Shown here: one piece after another, positions 9,481 through 16,776 of the stretch
Numbering within the stretch: position 1 is the stretch's first letter
Layout of the letters: every line of letters begins with the position of its first letter
Origin: Terriglobales bacterium
Lineage (GTDB): Bacteria > Acidobacteriota > Terriglobia > Terriglobales > SCQP01
Reading direction: 5' to 3'
Length of the DNA stretch: 64,000 nt
NCBI GenBank assembly: GCA_035573035.1
Contig: DATNAC010000087.1
Span: 2,157 to 66,156 of the forward strand
Made by a program: the position numbers and the translations under genes
Notes under the pieces: model-generated
Told to the model about the DNA's origin: nothing
What the model saw: the letters and a program-made list of their open reading frames with translations, nothing else
Databases searched by the model: none

Positions 9481-11640
9481 ATGGCACGATTCAGCACGTG
9501 TTGGAAACAATGGCAAGTACTGACGGTAGCGGTGGCCGTGATGTGTGGCTCGCTAGCGGCAGCGCCCAAACCGGACAACGGCAAAAAGGCGAAGAAGGCG
9601 ACCGCCGCGGCTACGAGCACGACAAATAATCCGAAGACCGACAACGGCAAGAAGGACGCCAAGAAGGACAGTCCAAAGACGAAGAAAGCCGACACGCCGG
9701 CGCCCGCGGCGCAAGCGGCGGCGTCCAGCGGAGTCTTTAGCGACTCCTTCCAGGCAAGCGCCATGCAGGGCTCCTTGTTCGGCACCCCGGGCATCTGGAA
9801 CACCCAGTTCGCGGAGACGTTGCTGCCGGGCCAAGCCAGCGCGGGCGTCTACGTCCAGCGCTACTCCCGCGATCCCGGCGGGTTGGTGTTTACCGACGCC
9901 AACGCCGGCTGGGCGGTCGGCGTCACCAAGTGGTTGGAGTTGAGCTTCAGCTCGACCGGCTACCGACGTATCCGGGTCACCCATCCGGAAGAACTGACCT
10001 TCGGCAGCCAGGGCAGGCTGACCAGCTATAACCCGGTCGCCCCCTTCGCGCGCAATCCGCTGATTTATGGTCCGGTGGACTGGAGCTTGGGCGCGACGAT
10101 CGGCTTGCTGTCGCAAGACCGCGGCGATCCCATCGGGCTGGCCTACCAAATCACCTATCATGTGCCCTACAACCCCACCTTGGGGTTGGGCGTTAACTAT
10201 TACGGGGTAAGCACCACGGAGCCCACCCTCACCGAGACCGTGATGATTGACAAGTGGCTGGGTACGGCCGGCGAGATGGCCGCCAACCTGGGCTACCAGC
10301 ACAACGGCACGGTGGATGCGGGCGGCGTGATCAATCTGCCGCTTCGTGACCAGTTCACCTATGGCTTTGGGGAACTGTTCCCGCTGCACTCGCGCTTGCA
10401 AGGCGTGGTGGAGTTCGACGGCAATGTGCCCTTCGGCGCTGGAGCTCACACCGATCTGTTCGGAGTGCCTTCACCCTTCGACGTGAACTTCGGCATTCGC
10501 TTCAACCCGATCTCGTGGATGGGAATTAACGCTGGCTACCGGTTCGGAGCGCATTCCAGCAGCAAGATCGCGATCCCGACCAACGTCAGCGGCTTCGTCT
10601 TCGGCTTGAGCTTTGGGCCGCCGCCGGTGAAAGCGGCGCCCCCGCCGCCCCCGCCGACCCCGACCCTGGCTTGCAGCGTGGATACCAGTACGGTCCAGCC
10701 GGGGGCGACCGTCCACATCAGCTCGACAGTGACGCCGCAGGGACTGCCGTACACCTATTCCTGGACCACCACCGGCGGCAAACTGAGCCCGGCGGACAAC
10801 GCCGCCACCCTCGATACCACCGGCCTGGCGCCAGGAATGTACACCGTGACCGGGCGCGTGGATAATGGCTCGGGCGGCACCGCGGACTGCACCGCCAACG
10901 TGGAAGTGCGCGAGCCGGTGCGCAATCCGCCGACCGCCTCCTGCTCGGTGGAGCCCTCGTCGCCGGTGGCGGCGGGCGCGCCGCTGACCTTCAGCGCACA
11001 GGCTGCGAGCCCGGATAACCGGCCGCTGACCTACGCTTGGCAGGTGTCCGCCGGCCATCCGGATACAACCTCGCAAGCTACCCTCCACGACGACACAACC
11101 GGGGCCGCTCCGGGCACGGTTACCGCCAACCTCACCGTCACCGACGATCGGGGTCTGACGGCGACCTGCTCGGCACAGGGCACCATCCAGCAGCCGCCGC
11201 CGGCGCCGCAAGCGAGCTTGGCGACGACCCTGCAGTTCAAACCCAACAGCGCGCGCGTGGACAACGCCGCCAAGGCTGCATTGGACGACGTCGCGCTGCG
11301 GCTGCAGCAGGACGCCACCGCCAAGGCCGTCATTGTGGGCTCGGCCACCTCGGATGAAGTAGCCGGGCGCCGCCGCGGCCTGACACCCGCGGCCACCACC
11401 AAGCTGGCGGAGGAGCGCGCGGTCAACGCCAAAGCCTACTTGGTCACCGAGAAGGGGATTTCCGCCGACCGGATCGAGGTCCGGCAGTCCACGGACAATC
11501 CGCACCAGGCTGAAGTCTGGGTGGTGCCGCAAGGCGCCTCCTACACCGGCTCGGGGCAGACCTTCGACGAGAACGCGGTCAAGCCGGCGCCCACGCGGCG
11601 GCCGCGCCGGCCGCGCGCCAAGACCTCCGGCGGGAAGTAG
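9481..11640 (+). CDS. OmpA-family outer-membrane protein with Lys-rich N-terminal stretch, barrel-like region and two Cys-bracketed Ig/PKD-like repeats
   Basis: Signal peptide and GGAGGAGGG RBS. The C-terminus (LQFKPNSARVDNAAKAALDDVA...AVNAKAYLVTEKGISADRIEV) is OmpA_C-like. Two about 85-aa repeats of the form CSV...TY.W...G...C. Confidence 0.8.
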   Translation: MARFSTCWKQWQVLTVAVAVMCGSLAAAPKPDNGKKAKKATAAATSTTNNPKTDNGKKDAKKDSPKTKKADTPAPAAQAAASSGVFSDSFQASAMQGSLFGTPGIWNTQFAETLLPGQASAGVYVQRYSRDPGGLVFTDANAGWAVGVTKWLELSFSSTGYRRIRVTHPEELTFGSQGRLTSYNPVAPFARNPLIYGPVDWSLGATIGLLSQDRGDPIGLAYQITYHVPYNPTLGLGVNYYGVSTTEPTLTETVMIDKWLGTAGEMAANLGYQHNGTVDAGGVINLPLRDQFTYGFGELFPLHSRLQGVVEFDGNVPFGAGAHTDLFGVPSPFDVNFGIRFNPISWMGINAGYRFGAHSSSKIAIPTNVSGFVFGLSFGPPPVKAAPPPPPPTPTLACSVDTSTVQPGATVHISSTVTPQGLPYTYSWTTTGGKLSPADNAATLDTTGLAPGMYTVTGRVDNGSGGTADCTANVEVREPVRNPPTASCSVEPSSPVAAGAPLTFSAQAASPDNRPLTYAWQVSAGHPDTTSQATLHDDTTGAAPGTVTANLTVTDDRGLTATCSAQGTIQQPPPAPQASLATTLQFKPNSARVDNAAKAALDDVALRLQQDATAKAVIVGSATSDEVAGRRRGLTPAATTKLAEERAVNAKAYLVTEKGISADRIEVRQSTDNPHQAEVWVVPQGASYTGSGQTFDENAVKPAPTRRPRRPRAKTSGGK

Positions 11641-11665
11641 CCGTCACCCGATCGGCGCCTAACCC

Positions 11666-11703
11666 GGGGCGCGGCGAGCGCAGGCTCGCCGCGCCCCTTT
11701 TTT
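11666..11703 (+). terminator. Rho-independent terminator
   Basis: Perfect 14-bp stem GGGGCGCGGCGAGC / GCTCGCCGCGCCCC with a GCAG loop followed by TTTTTT, 26 nt after the stop codon. Confidence 0.85.
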
Positions 11704-11715
11704 GCGCCTATCAGT

Positions 11716-11756
11716 GCGGCCAACGGGAGCGACCCAGGCAAAAGTGGCCGTGCCAC
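11716..11756 (+). repeat. Dispersed intergenic repeat, copy A (41 nt)
   Basis: GCGGCCAACGGGAGCGACCCAGGCAAAAGTGGCCGTGCCAC is near-identical to 55351-55393. The first 22 nt and last 13 nt are identical, with a 2-nt indel between them. Confidence 0.85.
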
Positions 11757-11794
11757 CTCAGGTCGGACTGACGAGTGTGGAACAATGAACCTAT

Positions 11795-13753
11795 ATGTTC
11801 GGTCGTGACCTAGCCAGAACCGTGGTGGCGGCGTTGTGTCTGGGAGCGAGTGTGGCAGTAGCGTCGCCCCCCTCGGCCCAGGCAAAGTTCGTGGATTCGT
11901 CGCTCATGGCGGCGGGAGTAGCGGGGCTGCCGCCGGGCGGCACGGTCCGGTCCCTCGCGCTGGACCCATCAACGACGGGGCGGGTGTTGTTGGGGACCAC
12001 CACCGGGGTGATTTTTGTATCGCAGGACGGCGGCTCTACTTGGCAATTTTTCAGCCGCGTGGCTCCCCACGATGACTGGGTGGTCTCCAGCCTGGTGGCG
12101 GTACCGGGGGATTCCGGCCACTGGTTTGCTTCCCTGTGGAGCTGGGGCGCTCCCGGCGGCGGGGTCTACGAATCGCGCGATGGCGGCCGGAGCTGGCAGC
12201 CCCGGTTCGAGGGGCATGCCGTGCGCGCACTGGCGCTGGCGGCATCAGCACCGCGCATTTTGGTCGCGGCGACGCTGGACGGCGTCTACCGTAGCCAGGA
12301 TGCGGGCCAGACCTGGCAGTTGATCTCGCCGCTTCACGACCGGGAGCTTGCCAACATCGAATCGGTGGCCATCGATCCCGCCGATCCGCGGGAGATCTAC
12401 GTCGGTACCTGGCATCTGCCTTGGAAGACCGTCAATGGCGGGCACGACTGGTGGCAGATGCGGCAGGGCGTGATTGACGACAGCGACGTGTTCTCCATCG
12501 CGGTGGATCGGCAGCAGCCGGCGACGGTATACCTCAGCGCCTGTTCCGGGATCTACCGCAGCGACAACCGCGGCAACCTGTTTCGCAAGATTCAGGGCAT
12601 TCCCTATACGGCGCGGCGCACCCCGGCGTTGGTGCAGGACCCGCGCGACCCCGCCACCATTTACGCCGGCACGACCCAGGGACTGTGGGTGACGCACAAC
12701 GGCGGCGCCGCCTGGGAGCGGATCACCAGCCCGGAGCTGCGCATCAACGCGGTGTTGCTGCTGCCGGGCGCGGCTCAAAGCGAGCGCATTCTGTTGGGCA
12801 CCGACTTCGCCGGCGTGTACGCCAGCAACGATGGCGGCAAGACTTTCGCCGTTTCGAATGAAGGTTTCTCCAACCGGCGGGTGTCCGCCGTGGCCGAAAG
12901 TCCCGAAGGGCGGTACGTGGCGGTAACCGGGGATGAGGCTTGGGGCGGAATCTTTTTTGAACCCGCAAACGGAGGCGCCGCGCAGCAGATGCCGCCGCCG
13001 CTGGCGAACCGCGACGTCTATGGACTGCACTGGTCAGCGGCAGGCTTGCTGGCGGCTACCGCCGAGGGGGTATATTGGCGCCGGCCAGCGCTGCCTGCGA
13101 AGCGCGGTCCCCACCGCGAGCCTGTATGGACGCTGGTGAAGACTGCGCCGCACGATCACGTGTACGCCTTGGCGAGCCCGAGCCAGGGCTCCCCGACGGT
13201 ATACGCGGCGTCGCAGGGAGGGCTCTACAAGAGCGAGGACGGAGGCCAGAGCTGGTCGTTGATGCGGGAGGCCCCCGCGCCGCTCTACCAGGTGCTGGCC
13301 CTGCCTGCGGCGGCGGAGGCGGACGACGCCTGGATTTATGTCGCTGGAGACGGCTACGTGCTTCGGAGCCGGGACCAGGGGCGGCACTTCCTCCCCGGGC
13401 GCTTGGCGATCACTGGACGAATCAATCAACTCGCTTGGGCGGATCTGGGCGGCGGCCGGACCTTGGAGTTGGCGGCGACTTCGCGCGGCCTCTATCAATC
13501 CCGCGACCAAGGGGCGACGTGGACGCTGAGCGGTCACGGACTCCCGGCGATAGGTATCCGGACCGTGCACGTGCAAGCGAACGCGATCTTTGCGGCCGCC
13601 GAAACCGTGGGGGCCGTCTATCGTTCTGAAGATGGCGGCGTCCATTGGCAGACGGTGGAGCTGCCTCCCGCGGTGGAGTCGTTGGCGCGGGAAGCGCCGG
13701 CCCTGACCTTGGCTTGGCCCGCGGCGGAGATCGGGAGCCCCGGCGGCCGGTAA
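11795..13753 (+). CDS. Secreted BNR/Asp-box repeat protein (beta-propeller, Ycf48/sortilin-like)
   Basis: Signal peptide. At least 9 S-x-D-x-G-x-x-W type boxes (SQDGGSTWQ, SRDGGRSWQ, SQDAGQTWQ, NDGGKTFA, SEDGGQSWS, SRDQGATWT, SEDGGVHWQ and others). Confidence 0.8.
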   Translation: MFGRDLARTVVAALCLGASVAVASPPSAQAKFVDSSLMAAGVAGLPPGGTVRSLALDPSTTGRVLLGTTTGVIFVSQDGGSTWQFFSRVAPHDDWVVSSLVAVPGDSGHWFASLWSWGAPGGGVYESRDGGRSWQPRFEGHAVRALALAASAPRILVAATLDGVYRSQDAGQTWQLISPLHDRELANIESVAIDPADPREIYVGTWHLPWKTVNGGHDWWQMRQGVIDDSDVFSIAVDRQQPATVYLSACSGIYRSDNRGNLFRKIQGIPYTARRTPALVQDPRDPATIYAGTTQGLWVTHNGGAAWERITSPELRINAVLLLPGAAQSERILLGTDFAGVYASNDGGKTFAVSNEGFSNRRVSAVAESPEGRYVAVTGDEAWGGIFFEPANGGAAQQMPPPLANRDVYGLHWSAAGLLAATAEGVYWRRPALPAKRGPHREPVWTLVKTAPHDHVYALASPSQGSPTVYAASQGGLYKSEDGGQSWSLMREAPAPLYQVLALPAAAEADDAWIYVAGDGYVLRSRDQGRHFLPGRLAITGRINQLAWADLGGGRTLELAATSRGLYQSRDQGATWTLSGHGLPAIGIRTVHVQANAIFAAAETVGAVYRSEDGGVHWQTVELPPAVESLAREAPALTLAWPAAEIGSPGGR

Positions 13754-13923
13754 GGCAGGCTCCGTTCCGGTCACCGTTCCAATCGGGAATGACAATTCCG
13801 GAAATGGGCACGGTACGGGAAGCGACGGGGTGGCCCAAGCCGGATCGCGGTTGTCCCTTTTCGGCCGATAAATCCTGCACAGACAATAGGTTGGCGCACC
13901 CGCAGCGGGAGCCGGTGCCGGGT

Positions 13924-13939
13924 TGGCACATCGGGTGCA
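13924..13939 (+). promoter_or_regulatory. Candidate sigma-54 (-24/-12) promoter in front of the second activator gene
   Basis: TGGCAC-ATCGG-GTGCA with GG-N10-GC spacing, 33 nt before the ATG at 13973. GAAGG RBS in between. Confidence 0.5.
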
Positions 13940-13972
13940 AGTCCCTGGGGCGAAGGAAAGCCGAAGGCCCCT

Positions 13973-15352
13973 ATGACTGGACTACCACACATACTCATTG
14001 CCGATGATCAGGAAGCGGTGCGGGAGATTTGCGTCAGCCTGGCTACCAGTCTCGGATACCGCGCGAGCGGCGTTGCCAGCGGCAGGGAGGCGATGCGCGT
14101 CTGGGACCAGGAGCCGGCCCATGTGCTGGTGTGCGACGTGCGGCTGCCCGACATGAGCGGAGTCGAGCTCATGAAGCGCTGGCGGCAGCGTTGGCCCGCG
14201 GCCCCGGTGCTGTTGACGACCGCATACGGCACGGTGGGCATGGCGGTGGAGGCAATGAAGCTGGGCGCCAGCGATTACGTCACCAAACCCTTCGAACTCG
14301 AGGAAATGCGGCTGCTATTGCAGAATTGCGTGCGCCGCGCGCAGGTCGAAGGCGAAGGACGACGGCTGCATTTGGGGGCGCGCTCGCCGGCGGCGGGCGG
14401 CACGCTGATTGGAAGTTCGCCCTCCATGCAGCGCGTCTTCCGCTTGATCGGCAAGGTGGCGCAAAGCCGGTATTCGGTGCTCATTCTGGGCGAGAGTGGC
14501 ACCGGAAAGGAAGTGGTCGCGCGGGCATTGCACTATACCGGACCGGAGCGCGACCGCCCTTTCCTGCCGGTCGATTGCGGCGCCTTGGTGCCCTCCCTGG
14601 TGGAGAGCGAGTTGTTCGGATACGTGAAGGGGGCGTTTACCGGCGCGCACCACAACCATCAAGGCCTGTTGGAGGTCGCGAACGGCGGTACCGTCTTTTT
14701 GGATGAGATCGGCGAACTCCCGCTTGACCTCCAGGTCAAGCTGCTGCGTGCGATCCAAGAGAAAGAGGTGCGCCCGGTTGGGGCCACGCGGCGCATCCCG
14801 GTGGACGTGCGCATCGTAGCCGCCACCAACCGCGACTTGCAGACGGCGGTGGCGGAGGGGCGGTTCCGCAAGGATTTATTCTTCCGCTTGAACGTGGTCA
14901 GCATCAAGCTGCCGCCGCTACGCGAGCGCGTGATGGACATTCCGCTGCTGGTCGAGCACTTTCTCGACCGCTTCACGCCGCCGGGCATGCCGGTGCGCAC
15001 CTTCAGCGATGAGGCCATGGCGCGCATGCTGGCCTACGACTGGCCGGGCAATATCCGCGAACTGGAGAACTGCGTGGAACGCACGCTGGCGTTGGCGCCG
15101 GGTCCGCGGCTGGAGGCGGCGGATCTGCCCAGCGCGTTGCAGCAACTACAACCGCGGGCGCCGATCGCCCGCCACGATTCCAATACCGTACGAGCCATGG
15201 TTGAGGTGGAGCGCGAAGCGATTCTGGATGCCCTCTCCCAGGCCAAAGGCGACAAGCTCCTGGCAGCCAAGCTGCTGGGCATCGGCAAGACGACGATCTA
15301 CCGCAAACTCAAGGAGTACACCTTTGCGGCGCAAGCCGGAGGCGGCCAATGA
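13973..15352 (+). CDS. Sigma-54-dependent response regulator (REC, AAA+, Fis-type HTH; NtrC family)
   Basis: REC domain ILIADDQEAV...LVCDVRLPDMSG. GESGTGKEVVARALH, KGAFTGA, and HTH LLAAKLLGIGKTTIYRKLKEY. Confidence 0.93.
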   Translation: MTGLPHILIADDQEAVREICVSLATSLGYRASGVASGREAMRVWDQEPAHVLVCDVRLPDMSGVELMKRWRQRWPAAPVLLTTAYGTVGMAVEAMKLGASDYVTKPFELEEMRLLLQNCVRRAQVEGEGRRLHLGARSPAAGGTLIGSSPSMQRVFRLIGKVAQSRYSVLILGESGTGKEVVARALHYTGPERDRPFLPVDCGALVPSLVESELFGYVKGAFTGAHHNHQGLLEVANGGTVFLDEIGELPLDLQVKLLRAIQEKEVRPVGATRRIPVDVRIVAATNRDLQTAVAEGRFRKDLFFRLNVVSIKLPPLRERVMDIPLLVEHFLDRFTPPGMPVRTFSDEAMARMLAYDWPGNIRELENCVERTLALAPGPRLEAADLPSALQQLQPRAPIARHDSNTVRAMVEVEREAILDALSQAKGDKLLAAKLLGIGKTTIYRKLKEYTFAAQAGGGQ

Positions 15353-16014
15353 CCTGCCACGTCCTTCTTCTGAGCCGCGATGAACAGTTGGCCAAGCGGG
15401 TGGAGCGCAGCCTGCCGGCGGCTCCAGGTGTCGAATTTCACTGGGGCGCCTCCTACCGCGTGTGCGACGACCGAAGAGGCTGGTTGCTGCTTCTGGTGGA
15501 CGCGCGCATCGTGAATCCCAGCCTGGCGGTGGAGGCTCCGGTTCCGGAACCGGATGCCGCCGTCGCCGTCTTGGGTGGCGAGTTGGACCCGACCCCGGTG
15601 CTGTGGCTGGGAGAGCCACCGCTGATCTCCACCCAGTCGGGGATTTTGGCGAATCCGGAGCGCTCCCCCCTGGGGAGCCAGCCGGTGCGGGTGATCGATT
15701 ACCTGAACCGCGGTTTAGCCCCCTCCAAACTGGGCTTCATCCTCTATCAGCATCTCACCGCGGCATACTTGCACCGGGTTCGCACGCCGCCACAGTTGAG
15801 TCAACCTGATCTCGACGGTGGCGAGGTGCTGCGGCAAATCAATAACACCCTGGCCGGAATCCTGGGCAATGCGGAACTGGCCATGGATGGAGCCCGTAAG
15901 CTGCCGCCGCAAATCGTGCTCCGGCTGCGCCGCATCGCCGAGTTGGCCGCCGAAATGCGCGATCTGGTACGTGCCATGCCGGAGACCAGACACGACCGCC
16001 GATCGGCGGCATAA
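15349..16014 (+). CDS. REC-like / DHp-like protein with a degenerate H-box (no ATPase domain)
   Basis: ATGA overlap with the activator gene. The C-terminus GGEVLRQINNTLAGILGNAELAMDG aligns to the kinase H-box A-H-E-I-N-N-P-L, but His is replaced by Arg (codon 15832-15834). No N/G1/G2 boxes follow. The N-terminus (HVLLLSRDE...LLLLVDARI...VIDYLNRG) is receiver-like. Confidence 0.65.
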   Translation: MTCHVLLLSRDEQLAKRVERSLPAAPGVEFHWGASYRVCDDRRGWLLLLVDARIVNPSLAVEAPVPEPDAAVAVLGGELDPTPVLWLGEPPLISTQSGILANPERSPLGSQPVRVIDYLNRGLAPSKLGFILYQHLTAAYLHRVRTPPQLSQPDLDGGEVLRQINNTLAGILGNAELAMDGARKLPPQIVLRLRRIAELAAEMRDLVRAMPETRHDRRSAA

Positions 16015-16021
16015 TGTTCTG

Positions 16022-16330
16022 GTGACTCTCGAGGATACGCCCGCCGCCAGCGACTGGAAAGCGGCACTGGTAACCGTTCGCACCCAAATCGCCGACTATC
16101 AACGCGAAGGTACCTCGACGCCGGGCAAGCTCAAGCGCGCCGCGCGGCTGCGGGCCTGCCGCATGGCGCTGCGCGGCTTCGAGAGCGATCACGCCGCGGC
16201 CGTGGGCGCGCTGAAGCAGGCCGTCAGCGCCATCGAAGCCGCGGAAAAAGACGACAATTGGCGGCAGCAGGCGGAGATCATCGTGACGCTGCGCCAGGAC
16301 GTGGATCGTCTGATCGGGCTCGAAGCCTAG
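16022..16330 (+). CDS. Hypothetical helical protein (GTG start inferred)
   Basis: High GC3 in this frame through 16330, starting from the GTG just after the upstream stop. No recognisable family. The track ORF 15818-16330 overlaps the previous gene. Confidence 0.4.
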   Translation: MTLEDTPAASDWKAALVTVRTQIADYQREGTSTPGKLKRAARLRACRMALRGFESDHAAAVGALKQAVSAIEAAEKDDNWRQQAEIIVTLRQDVDRLIGLEA

Positions 16331-16357
16331 CCCTGCCTTCCCTATACAAAGCACCGC

Positions 16358-16627
16358 TTGTTTGGGATCGGTCATCACGCCTTCGAAGGCGAGTTTCTCG
16401 AGGTCAAGGCACCGGAACGGCTGGTATTCGCCGGACAAATTTCGCGGCTCCCGGAAAGCCGCGTGGTTACCGAAATTCAGTTTGAGGAGCACGGTCAGGG
16501 AACCAGAATCAAGCTGCGGCAAACCCACGCGCTCGCATCGGAGGCGACGGCGGGAGCGCGCGCCGGATGGACACAGTCGCTCGATAAACTGGAGGAGTGG
16601 CTGGCGGGCGAGGGGCGCAGATCGTGA
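16358..16627 (+). pseudogene. N-terminally truncated SRPBCC/AHSA1-family remnant
   Basis: 89 aa matching only the C-terminal half of Aha1/SRPBCC proteins (GEFLEVKAPERLVF...TEIQFEEHGQGTRIKLRQTH...AGWTQSLDKLEEWL). About 55-60 N-terminal residues are missing, and the only start is a TTG. Confidence 0.5.
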
Positions 16628-16687
16628 TCGATGCAACCACCTGGGGCACGGCAGCCCGGGCCAGTTGGACCGGTACCCGTTAGAAGG

Positions 16688-16776
16688 CTAGCGTAGTGCG
16701 TCACAAATTGCAGGCATTATGCCAATACCCCGAATGCGGCTTTTCCCCAAGAAAAGTGTGTGACGCACTACACTAG
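16688..16776. repeat. Nested inverted-repeat element (18-bp arms, 53-nt interior) including a gene stop codon
   Basis: Arms CTAGCGTAGTGCGTCACA (16688-16705) and TGTGACGCACTACACTAG (16759-16776): 13 bp perfect, 17/18 overall. Inner hairpin GGCAT-T-ATGCC. The right arm contains the TAG stop (16773-16775) of the receptor gene. Confidence 0.7.

Noticed and set aside
9553-11532. Track ORFs 9553-10449 and 10471-11532 (minus)
   Set aside because: Antisense shadows of the OmpA-family gene. Arg/Gly-rich with no motifs.
11716-11756. Dispersed repeat read as a sigma-54 promoter (contains TGGCC/GTGCCAC, reverse GTGGCACGG)
   Set aside because: On neither strand does a GG-N10-GC arrangement with a TGC element exist. 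Copy B also lies between convergent gene ends, where a promoter makes no sense.
16022-16627. One gene with stop-codon readthrough joining 16022-16330 and 16358-16627
   Set aside because: The upstream part is all-helical and unrelated to the missing N-terminal half of an SRPBCC fold, so the shared frame is more likely coincidental or the result of a deletion.
15839-16636. Track ORF 15839-16636 (minus, 265 aa)
   Set aside because: It overlaps three plus-strand ORFs with better codon bias. Arg-rich shadow composition with no recognisable domain.
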